Positions 15,602-22,743 are shown, counted from the first letter of the stretch. The stretch is DNA of 24,000 bases from Anaerosomatales bacterium (GCA_030019445.1 JASEEU010000002.1:38995-62994); one strand, 5' to 3'. Translations and numbers: made by a program. Notes: a model not told the origin generated them from the letters alone.

Positions 15602-15877
15602 ATGACGCGGGAGATCGCAAAGAAGAACCTTGAGCGGGCCGTCACGCTGTTCGGCCTGGTCAGCCCCATGACCGCCGCACCTCAGCTGTACCAGATCTGG
15701 GCGCAGCACCAGGTGGGCGGGCTCTCAAGCGTCACCGTCGGCTCGGCGCTCTTCATGTCGCTGCTCTGGACGACGTACGGTCTGCTCAACCGCCAGGCGC
15801 CCATCTGGATGGTGAACGGCGTCTGGGCGGGACTCAACGGCGCCACCCTCGTGGGCGTCCTCCAGTTCGCCGCGTAG
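15602..15877 (+). CDS. SemiSWEET-family (PQ-loop, 3-TM) small transporter, paralog 1
   Basis: 91 aa with three hydrophobic helices. PQ motif (AAPQLYQIW) at residues 27-28, and LLWTTYGLL..PIWMVN with the Trp and Asn 16 residues apart. Aligns without gaps to the 18648-18920 paralog. Confidence 0.8.
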   Translation: MTREIAKKNLERAVTLFGLVSPMTAAPQLYQIWAQHQVGGLSSVTVGSALFMSLLWTTYGLLNRQAPIWMVNGVWAGLNGATLVGVLQFAA

Positions 15878-15907
15878 CCTCCACGCGCAGCCGCGCCACT
15901 CCACCGT

Positions 15908-15929
15908 GCGCCGTCCTTCAGGACGGCGC
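15908..15929 (+). terminator. Stem-loop after SemiSWEET-1
   Basis: Perfect 9-bp stem GCGCCGTCC/GGACGGCGC with loop TTCA, 31 nt after the stop codon. No U-tract. Confidence 0.4.
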
Positions 15930-15986
15930 TACGCGTGGCCGAAGCACGGGTACCTACCCTGCGACACCGTCGACAGGGGAGGTCTG

Positions 15987-16394
15987 ATGACACTCGGCAA
16001 GGCGCTCATCGTCTACGGCGCGAGCCTCATCGCGTTTCTCGGCATCGACGCCGTCTGGCTCACCACGATGTCCGACCGCTTCTACCGCAAGCAGCTCGGC
16101 GATCTCATGCGGGACGATCCCGATCTGGGCGTAGCGCTCGCGTTCTACCTGCTCTACGTCGCCGGTGTCCTCCTGCTCGTGGTGCTTCCCGCCGCCGAGA
16201 AAGGATCGCTCCTGCAGGCCGTCGGCTTCGGCGCGCTTCTCGGCGTGGTCGCGTACGGCACGTACGACATCACCAACCTCGCGACGGTGCGCGACTGGCC
16301 GGTCGTCGTGACCGCTGTCGATCTCGTGTGGGGTGGCACGCTGACCGGGGCCGTATCCGCCGTCGGTTATCTCGTCGCGCGCTGGGTGGCGTGA
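15987..16394 (+). CDS. Small 4-TM membrane protein, DUF2177-like
   Basis: 135 aa. ATG 15987 has GGGGAGG 4 nt upstream. N-terminus is LIVYGASLIAFLGIDAVWLTTMSDRFYRKQLG. The family assignment is from memory only. Confidence 0.7.
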   Translation: MTLGKALIVYGASLIAFLGIDAVWLTTMSDRFYRKQLGDLMRDDPDLGVALAFYLLYVAGVLLLVVLPAAEKGSLLQAVGFGALLGVVAYGTYDITNLATVRDWPVVVTAVDLVWGGTLTGAVSAVGYLVARWVA

Positions 16395-16444
16395 CGGCTC
16401 CGACCGCCCGCCCCGGCGTGCTACCATCTTCGAGCGCCGCGACG

Positions 16445-16470
16445 AACCCTGCCAGTGCTTGGCAGGGTTT
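16445..16470 (+). terminator. Intrinsic terminator after the DUF2177-like gene
   Basis: 10-bp stem AACCCTGCCA/TGGCAGGGTT with loop GTGCT, running into TTTC. Confidence 0.6.
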
Positions 16471-16544
16471 CGCATGCCGGCGGCGTAATCACGAAAGGGT
16501 GACCTCCGGCCTTCGGGCCGTATGACGAGGATGTGTGAGACTCG

Positions 16545-17876
16545 ATGCTCTCCGAGCGGATCATCACCGGCGCGCTCCGCGTGCTGAATCGGGACTACCT
16601 TGCCCAGGAACCCGTGAAGATGGACAGCTTGCCGGGGCCCCAGGAGGGGCACGGCTACACGCTCTACTGCCATGTGCCGTTCTGCGAGCGGCTCTGCCCG
16701 TACTGCTCGTTCAACCGGTTCCTCTACTCCGAGCAGCGTGCGCGCGAGTACTTCAAGCGTCTGCGCACCGAGCTGCACATGGTGGCCGACCTGGGCTATG
16801 ACTTCGCCTCCCTCTACATCGGCGGCGGCACCCCGACCATCTTGCTCGACGAGCTCTGCGACACGATCGACCTCGTGCGCGAGCTCTTCCCCGGGGTGCG
16901 CGAGGTGTCCGCCGAGACCAGCCCCAACCACATCGACGACGAGACGATCGACGCGCTGAAGGATCGCGTGCAGCGCTTCTCGGTGGGCGTCCAGAGCTTC
17001 GACGACCTGCTGCTCCGGCAGATGGCGCGCTACGACAAGTATGGCGCCGGCGAAGAGGTGTTCGCCGCCGTCGAGCGCGCCGCGGGGAAGTTCCACTCGC
17101 TGAACGTGGACATGATCTTCAACTTCCCGAGCCAGACCGAGGATATGCTCCTCGCCGACATCGAGACGGTCAAGAAGACCGGTGCGAACCAGACGACCTT
17201 CTATCCGCTCATGGTCTCACCGCTCAACCGCCGCCAGATCAAGAACGACATCGGCGCGGTGGACTTCGAGCGCGAGGCGCGCTACTACCGCACGATCTAC
17301 GAAAGCCTTTCACCGGAGTTCGAGCCGGCTTCGGCCTGGACCTTCTCGCGGGACGCGGGACAGATGATCGACGAGTACATCTGCGACTACGAGGAGTACG
17401 TCGGCGTCGGCTCCGGGGCCCTGTCGTTCCTCGGCGACCGGATCTACGGCAACGACTTCTCGCTCGGGGAGTACGAGCGCAGGATCGATGCCGGCGTGAT
17501 GTCGGTGGCCAAGCAGGGTCGCCCGTACCGGCGCAAGGCGCGGATGCGCTACCGGTTCGTGACCGACCTGTTCGCGCTCCGGCTCGACAAGGAGCGCTTC
17601 CGCAGGGACTTCGGCGTACCGGTCGAGCGAGGACTCTGGGCGGAGCTGCTGTTCATGCACGCCGCCGGCGGCATCGCCACCCACGACGAGCGGGAGATCA
17701 CGCTCAACGACACGGGCCGGTACCTGCTCCTCGTGATGATGCGCGAGACGTTGGCGGCGTCCAACGACCTTCGCGACCAGGCGCGTGCAGCGTTGCCGCT
17801 CGAGGAGCGGATGCTCTTGTTCGACAACCCGGACGTCTGTCGGGAGCATGTCGAGGAGTGCCTGGTCGCCAGCTGA
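16545..17876 (+). CDS. Radical SAM enzyme of the HemN/HemW (coproporphyrinogen III oxidase-like, class C) family
   Basis: 443 aa. CxxxCxxC motif in LYCHVPFCERLCPYCSFN, with no fourth Cys of the HemN CxC type. Also LYIGGGTPT, FSVGVQSFDD and NVDMIFNFPSQT, plus a HemN_C-like C-terminal half. Confidence 0.88.
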   Translation: MLSERIITGALRVLNRDYLAQEPVKMDSLPGPQEGHGYTLYCHVPFCERLCPYCSFNRFLYSEQRAREYFKRLRTELHMVADLGYDFASLYIGGGTPTILLDELCDTIDLVRELFPGVREVSAETSPNHIDDETIDALKDRVQRFSVGVQSFDDLLLRQMARYDKYGAGEEVFAAVERAAGKFHSLNVDMIFNFPSQTEDMLLADIETVKKTGANQTTFYPLMVSPLNRRQIKNDIGAVDFEREARYYRTIYESLSPEFEPASAWTFSRDAGQMIDEYICDYEEYVGVGSGALSFLGDRIYGNDFSLGEYERRIDAGVMSVAKQGRPYRRKARMRYRFVTDLFALRLDKERFRRDFGVPVERGLWAELLFMHAAGGIATHDEREITLNDTGRYLLLVMMRETLAASNDLRDQARAALPLEERMLLFDNPDVCREHVEECLVAS

Positions 17877-17955
17877 GCCATCTGTGACGACCGTCGTGGT
17901 CTCGGTCTTCGGCGAGTGCTACGCTGGCCGTGTCCGCCACTCCGGGAGCGCGACC

Positions 17956-18168
17956 ATGGATCCGTATGCGCCGGTCAAAGGCAAGTGCACGTTCTGGCGA
18001 GAGCAGCCGAACGAGGACGACCGCTGGGACACATCCGTGAAGCCGCTTGACCGGCGTGTCACCTGCACCTGCTTCATCGAGGGTGACGTCTGGCTCGTGA
18101 CCGTCGGCACCATCCCTCCGGACTGCCCCAAGCGCTACAAGTGCCGCTACTACGTCAGGACCGCCTGA
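17956..18168 (+). CDS. Small Cys-rich protein (70 aa), function unknown
   Basis: ATG 17956 has GGGAG 7 nt upstream. By my count 61 of 70 codons end in G or C. Cys pattern is C11-x25-CxC-x17-C-x5-C. It lies 79 nt downstream of the radical SAM gene on the same strand. Confidence 0.6.
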   Translation: MDPYAPVKGKCTFWREQPNEDDRWDTSVKPLDRRVTCTCFIEGDVWLVTVGTIPPDCPKRYKCRYYVRTA

Positions 18169-18191
18169 GCGCGCGAGTCGTGAGAATGAGA

Positions 18192-18223
18192 CGACGGCCC
18201 CCGGGTCGCCCCGGAGGCCGTCG
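18192..18223. terminator. Long GC stem-loop between convergent small genes
   Basis: Outer stem CGACGGCC/GGCCGTCG and inner stem CCGGG/CCCGG, between the stops at 18168 (+) and 18281 (-). No U-tract. Confidence 0.4.
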
Positions 18224-18280
18224 CTGGAAGCCGGTCCGCGTGAGTGTTTCGTGCGGGTGACCGGCGGGTCCACGTGTCTG

Positions 18281-18424
18281 TCAGCGGCCCGGCTTGTAGA
18301 TGCCGACCTTGTAGCCGTTGCCGTTGCAGCCGGGGCACGATCGGTAGGTCGACCGACCGTCGGATCGACCGACGCTGACGACCTTGTTGCCCTTGCAGAC
18401 CGGGCAGGTCTCCTTCTTAACCAT
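18281..18424 (-). CDS. 47-aa zinc-ribbon protein with two DnaJ-like CxxCxGxx knuckles (not in the supplied ORF track)
   Basis: My translation: MVKKETCPVCKGNKVVSVGRSDGRSTYRSCPGCNGNGYKVGIYKPGR. GGAGG (18431-18435) lies 6 nt upstream of ATG 18424. Third codon positions are strongly G/C-biased. Stop TGA at 18281-18283. Confidence 0.65.
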   Translation of the reverse strand: MVKKETCPVCKGNKVVSVGRSDGRSTYRSCPGCNGNGYKVGIYKPGR

Positions 18425-18588
18425 CGACTGCCTCCTGTCGTGCTGCTGCGGAGATGGTTAAGCAAGCTTCATTCCAACGTAGTATATCGTTCACCCAACG
18501 GCGAGACTTGAGCGCCCGTTCCCGGGCATGCGTGTCGGGATGGTAACGCGAGTGAGTCGCCTGGATAGCGGGGGGTTGTAGTGAGGAC

Positions 18589-18601
18589 GCGCTCGTACGA
18601 T
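18589..18601 (+). promoter_or_regulatory. Motif GCGCTCGTACGAT upstream of SemiSWEET-2 (partner of 15526-15539)
   Basis: Contains the perfect palindrome TCGTACGA and the -10-like hexamer TACGAT, 47 nt before ATG 18648. Confidence 0.35.
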
Positions 18602-18647
18602 ACCTGGCTGTGGCAGGCAGCACTCGTCGATCGGATGGCACGCGACA

Positions 18648-18920
18648 ATGACCACGCAGGTGATCACTCCGCACGTCGACCGGGCGGTCATGGGCCTCGG
18701 GGTGCTGTACCCCCTGGCCGCTCTACCGCAGGTCTACAACGTCTGGTTCTTGCATAGGACGGCGGGATTCAACGAGTTCACATATCTCGTCGGCGTGATC
18801 GTGGCGATCCTGTGGGTCTCGTACGGGTTTCTCCATCGGCAGCGCGCCGTATGGATGGTGAACAGCCTCTGGGTGGCGCTCAACGGCGCGATGGCTGTCG
18901 GGCTATTCTTCGTCCGCTAG
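18648..18920 (+). CDS. SemiSWEET-family (PQ-loop, 3-TM) small transporter, paralog 2
   Basis: 90 aa. ALPQVYNVW with PQ at residues 27-28, and ILWVSYGFL..AVWMVN with Trp56 and Asn72. By hand count about 33 of 90 positions are identical to paralog 1 in a gapless alignment. Confidence 0.8.
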   Translation: MTTQVITPHVDRAVMGLGVLYPLAALPQVYNVWFLHRTAGFNEFTYLVGVIVAILWVSYGFLHRQRAVWMVNSLWVALNGAMAVGLFFVR

Positions 18921-20627
18921 CCCGGCTCCGTCAGGTCGCTCGGCCGAGCGTGTGGGTTGCGGCGTTGGCACGGCGACGGCCCCCGAATCCTCGTGGGGCA
19001 CGATAAGCACGGGGACATCCAGCGCGTCGAGCACCCGGTGCTGCTTGGTGCGCAGCGGCGAGACGCCGCCGAGCGCCGTCTTGGCGAGCGGAGCGCCCAG
19101 CACGACCATGTGAGCGCCCACCTCCTCCACCAATCGGGCGATGCCGCGCTCCAGAGAGCGTGCACGCACGAGCCGCGTGTCTACCGTCAGGCCGCGCTTC
19201 GTCACGGAGTCCGCGAGCCGTTCCAGCAGCCGCTCGGCGTTGGCCAGTTCCGCGGCCACCGTATACGCGCGTCCCGGCGTGATGACGTGCGAGAGGACGA
19301 TCGTCGGCGGGCAATCGCCCACCTCGGGGACGGCGACGTCCAGCGTCTGCGCGAGCCGGTCCGGCGTCAGCGCGCGGCTGACCGGCACCAGGATGAGCCG
19401 TTCCGGACAGACGAGCGCGCCCTCCTCGGCCTGCTCGGTCTCCTCGTGCTCCATGAGGCACGCAACGGCGCGCTTGGTCAGCACGGGGCCCACCACCTCG
19501 AACAGCACCATCGAGGCGAGCACGACGGCGTTGACCGTGGGCCCCGCGTCCGGGAAGACGTTGGCGGCGTCGAGCGCGAGGCCGACAGCCACTCCCGCCT
19601 GCGGCAGCATGCCGAGGCCGAACCACGCCGACTGCCTGAGCGGATAGCGAGCGGCGAGCGAGCCGACGAATCCGGCGAGGAACTTGCCGAGGCTGCGGGC
19701 GACGATGTAGGCGACGGCGACCAGGCCTGCCGCTGTGACCGCCCCGATCTCAAGGTGCGCGCCCGCCAATGTGAAGAAGATGATGTAGACCGGGTACTCG
19801 ATCGTCCTCAGCGACAGGAAGATGCGTTCGCGCGTGTTCCGGCTCTCCTCGAGCGTGGCGACGGTGATGCCGGCAACGAGTGCCGCAAGCAGGCTCGAGA
19901 CGCCGAGCGCCTCTCCGGCGGCGACCACGAGGAGCACGTTGGTGAGGCCGAGGGCGAGCATCTCGCCCTCCTTGAAGACGCGCTCAAGCAGCTTGGCCAG
20001 CAAGAAGCCTGCGACGATACCGAGCACGAGGGCTCCGCCGATCTGCTTGCCCGTCTGCATCAGCGCGTCGCCCATGCTCTGGTGGATGCGTACCGAGAGG
20101 AGCAGGAACGGCGTTACCGCCGCGTACAGCACGACGGCCGCGATATTGTCGAGCGCGGCGTTCCCGAGCAGCGAGTCGCAGCCGCGGCCGCGGCCCTGCA
20201 CCTCCGAGATCACGGCCATGACGGTCGCAGGAGCCCCGGAGATGCCGATCACGGCGAGGAGCCAGATGACGATCGTCGAGCCCGGCGCGACGAGGCTGAC
20301 CGCGATCGCGACGAAGATCGCGGGCAGTGCGAGGTTGAGCGCCGACGTGAGCCAGAACGACCAGTGGTGGCGCGCGAGCATCTTGCGCGTGAGCGACTCG
20401 CCGATCAGGAAGACGATGAGGCCGAGCGCGATCGGCTCGGCGAACGCGATCTTGTGCAGCAGGTCCTGCGACAGCAGCCCCAGCCCGTGTGGGCCGACGG
20501 CGATGCCGACGAGCAGGAAGCCGGTGACCGCGGGCAGGTTGAAGCGCCCGATGAGCCGGGCGCCCATGTAGCCGAGCCAGATGAGCGTCCCCACGATGAT
20601 GAGGTCTGTCCAGACGACCTGGTCCAC
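18903..20627 (-). CDS. Cation/proton antiporter (Na+/H+ exchanger family, CPA-type) fused to a C-terminal universal-stress-protein-like domain
   Basis: 574 aa. About 11-12 TM helices (LPAVTGFLLVGIAVGPHGLGLL...), then a USP-like tail (LILVPVS...AHMVVLGAP...VLDALDVPVLIVP). GTG start with a weak SD. Confidence 0.85.
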   Translation of the reverse strand: MDQVVWTDLIIVGTLIWLGYMGARLIGRFNLPAVTGFLLVGIAVGPHGLGLLSQDLLHKIAFAEPIALGLIVFLIGESLTRKMLARHHWSFWLTSALNLALPAIFVAIAVSLVAPGSTIVIWLLAVIGISGAPATVMAVISEVQGRGRGCDSLLGNAALDNIAAVVLYAAVTPFLLLSVRIHQSMGDALMQTGKQIGGALVLGIVAGFLLAKLLERVFKEGEMLALGLTNVLLVVAAGEALGVSSLLAALVAGITVATLEESRNTRERIFLSLRTIEYPVYIIFFTLAGAHLEIGAVTAAGLVAVAYIVARSLGKFLAGFVGSLAARYPLRQSAWFGLGMLPQAGVAVGLALDAANVFPDAGPTVNAVVLASMVLFEVVGPVLTKRAVACLMEHEETEQAEEGALVCPERLILVPVSRALTPDRLAQTLDVAVPEVGDCPPTIVLSHVITPGRAYTVAAELANAERLLERLADSVTKRGLTVDTRLVRARSLERGIARLVEEVGAHMVVLGAPLAKTALGGVSPLRTKQHRVLDALDVPVLIVPHEDSGAVAVPTPQPTRSAERPDGAGLADEE

Positions 20628-20665
20628 GCGCTGCCTTTCGTCGGTCGGTCAGGTCGGGCTGCGTG

Positions 20666-21919
20666 CTACAGAGACTCCTTCGCCGTCTCCTCGAGCGCCT
20701 TGTCCACCTGGCGCCTGAGCGCCGGCGGCAGGCCGGGGATATCAAGATCGAGGAAGCCGCGCGTGATCATCGAGATCGCGTCATCCTTGGGGACCCCGCG
20801 CGACATGAGGTAGTAGATCTCCTCGGCGGCGATTGGCGAGATCGCCGCTTCGTGGCTGAGCTCCGCTCCCGGAGCGCCCTCGCTCGCGAGGTCGGGGATC
20901 GCCCACTGCGTCGACTCCTCGGAAAAGACGATGCCGCGGCAGTCGAGATGCGCCTTGCAGTCGTTGTTGCGGCCGATGAGGCGTCCACGGCTGTAGACGA
21001 CGGCCTTGTCGCGCGAGACCGTGCGGGCGATGGCCTCCGAGCGCGTGCCTGCGCCCTCGAGCGAGGTCTCCGAGCCGATGTCCACGTAGCTGTCGTCAAG
21101 GCCGTAGACGATGGAGTTGAAGACCGCACGCGAGCGGTCGCCCACGAGGCGCGCGACCGGGAAGGTCTGGAGCGATCGCACCGGCTTCAACATGATGTAG
21201 TTGTTCACGTAGACGCCGTCCTCCTCCACGGTCACGCCGGTGCGCGGACGGACGTGGAAGTCCTCGGACCAGTTGTGGATCATCGTGAACGTGAGCTTGG
21301 CGCCCTTGCCCACGTAGAACTCGGAGATACCCGCGTGCAGCCCCTCGCGCACCTGCGGATGGATGGTGCAGCCGGTGAGCACGTTGGCCTCGGCGCCCTC
21401 CTCGAGGATGATCACGCTATGCACGTTCTGGGAGATGTTGTTCTCCGAGACGAACAGGCACGCCTGGATGGGCTTGTCGATCTTCTGGCCGGCCTTCACG
21501 CGGATGAAGTAGCCCTCGGTGTGGTTGAGGGCGACCTGCGCGGTGTACTTGTCCTTGTCGGGCGCGACGTTGCGCCAGTAGTACTTCTCGTACATGAGCT
21601 CGGGATAGAGGACGAGCGCCTCTTCGGTGCTCATGATCTCGAGCTTGTTGTCGAACATCTCCTCCACCTTGCGGTAGATGGGGGAGCGGTCCATCTGGAA
21701 GTAGCTGCCGGAGCGGCCCGCCTCGGAGGCGTCGAAGCCGATCTCGAGCGCGGTCTCCTTGATCTGCTTGTTGAGCGATGCGAGCGACTCCACCGACTGC
21801 TGGTCGGCCGCCGCGTTGAACGCCGCCAGGTCCAGGTCGGGGCCGAACGTGGCGGGCTTGTCCACCGCTGTCTCGGCAAGGCGGCGGATCTCGGCCTTGC
21901 GCTGCTCTATCGCTGACAT
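20666..21919 (-). CDS. sufB: SufB/SufD-family Fe-S cluster assembly scaffold protein
   Basis: 417 aa starting MSAIEQRK. The beta-helix core is typical of SufBD (HSVIILEEGAEANVL..., AHLDCRGIVFSEES..., PDLASEG...LSHEAAISPIAAEEIYYLMSRGV). ATG 21919 overlaps the sufC end by 13 nt. Confidence 0.88.
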   Translation of the reverse strand: MSAIEQRKAEIRRLAETAVDKPATFGPDLDLAAFNAAADQQSVESLASLNKQIKETALEIGFDASEAGRSGSYFQMDRSPIYRKVEEMFDNKLEIMSTEEALVLYPELMYEKYYWRNVAPDKDKYTAQVALNHTEGYFIRVKAGQKIDKPIQACLFVSENNISQNVHSVIILEEGAEANVLTGCTIHPQVREGLHAGISEFYVGKGAKLTFTMIHNWSEDFHVRPRTGVTVEEDGVYVNNYIMLKPVRSLQTFPVARLVGDRSRAVFNSIVYGLDDSYVDIGSETSLEGAGTRSEAIARTVSRDKAVVYSRGRLIGRNNDCKAHLDCRGIVFSEESTQWAIPDLASEGAPGAELSHEAAISPIAAEEIYYLMSRGVPKDDAISMITRGFLDLDIPGLPPALRRQVDKALEETAKESL

Positions 21920-22674
21920 ATCGCACACTCCACACACTTGTCGTAGCCGTGTTTGCCGATCTCGCCGATAAGGTCGCGCGGGTTGCCCTTGCACGCCAGC
22001 TTGCCGTCGTAGAGCACGTGGCCGATGTCGGCGTTCACGTACTCGAGGATGTGGCCCGTGTGCGTCACGATGAGCCCGGCGCGCGTGCCCTTGCCGACAC
22101 GCTCGGACTTGAGCAGGCGGTTCATCGCCCTGCCGACCACAGCTATGTTGTCGAGGTCGACGCCGGATTCCGGCTCGTCGAAGAGCGTGAGCTCGGGAGA
22201 CTGCGCGATGAGCTGCGCCATCTCGGAGCGCTTCATCTCGCCGCCCGAGAAGCCCATGTTCACGTCGCGATCGATCATCTTGCGCAGCGAGAGCTCGCCG
22301 ATCAGGTCCGCGAGCAGCTCCTCGTGCTCGCCGTCCCCGGCCGCCACCTCGATGAGCTGCCGGAGCTTGATGCCCCGCACAGCGGGCGGTCGCTGGAACG
22401 CGACACCGATGCCGAGACGGGCCCGTTCGTCGATCTCCAGGCCATCCAGGTCGACACCCTTGAATGTGATGCTGCCCTGGGTGACGCGGTACCCGGGCAG
22501 TCCGACGATGGTGTTGAGCAGCGTGGTCTTGCCGCCGCCGTTGGGGCCGAGAAGGACGTGCGTCTCGCCCTCGGCGATGACGAGGTCGATCCCGCGAAGG
22601 ACCTCGTGGTCGCCGACGGTCACGTGCAGGTCCTCGACCGCGAGCAGTGGCTGCGGCTCTTGGAGAGCTGGCAT
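21907..22674 (-). CDS. sufC: SufC-like ABC ATPase with a C-terminal CxxCxxC extension
   Basis: 255 aa. Walker A GPNGGGKTT, signature FSGGEMKRSEM, Walker B LTLFDEPESGVD and H-loop VTHT. The tail is HGYDKCVECAICQR. GAGGT lies 4 nt upstream of the ATG. Confidence 0.9.
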   Translation of the reverse strand: MPALQEPQPLLAVEDLHVTVGDHEVLRGIDLVIAEGETHVLLGPNGGGKTTLLNTIVGLPGYRVTQGSITFKGVDLDGLEIDERARLGIGVAFQRPPAVRGIKLRQLIEVAAGDGEHEELLADLIGELSLRKMIDRDVNMGFSGGEMKRSEMAQLIAQSPELTLFDEPESGVDLDNIAVVGRAMNRLLKSERVGKGTRAGLIVTHTGHILEYVNADIGHVLYDGKLACKGNPRDLIGEIGKHGYDKCVECAICQR

Positions 22675-22743
22675 CCGTACCTCGATTCTCAGTGCGACTG
22701 ACGTTCTGGAATCTACCCGAAGTGGCGGCGCGGGGCCACCGGC

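Noticed and set aside
15954-17096. 380-aa minus-strand ORF overlapping the DUF2177-like and radical SAM genes.
   Set aside because: It is antisense to two plus-strand genes with strong motifs (CxxxCxxC, GGGTPT). The product is low-complexity, rich in Glu, Arg, His and Val, and spans a plus-strand terminator and an intergenic region.
17785-17955. The N-terminal 57 codons of the 127-aa ORF that contains the Cys-rich small protein.
   Set aside because: This part overlaps the 3' end of the radical SAM gene in another frame and is rich in Ser, Arg and Thr. ATG 17956 has a GGGAG RBS at proper spacing.
18150-18338. The 62-aa minus-strand ORF listed in the track (MPRLQRQRLQGRHLQ...).
   Set aside because: It has no RBS and an Arg/Thr-rich, shadow-like composition, and it runs through the intergenic hairpin. 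The same DNA in another frame encodes the well-formed 47-aa zinc-ribbon ORF at 18281-18424.
18480-18647. A known riboswitch upstream of SemiSWEET-2.
   Set aside because: I compared it by memory with the ZTP, c-di-GMP, guanidine, fluoride, Mn2+ and preQ1 consensus cores and found no convincing match. I kept it only as a low-interest structured-leader observation.
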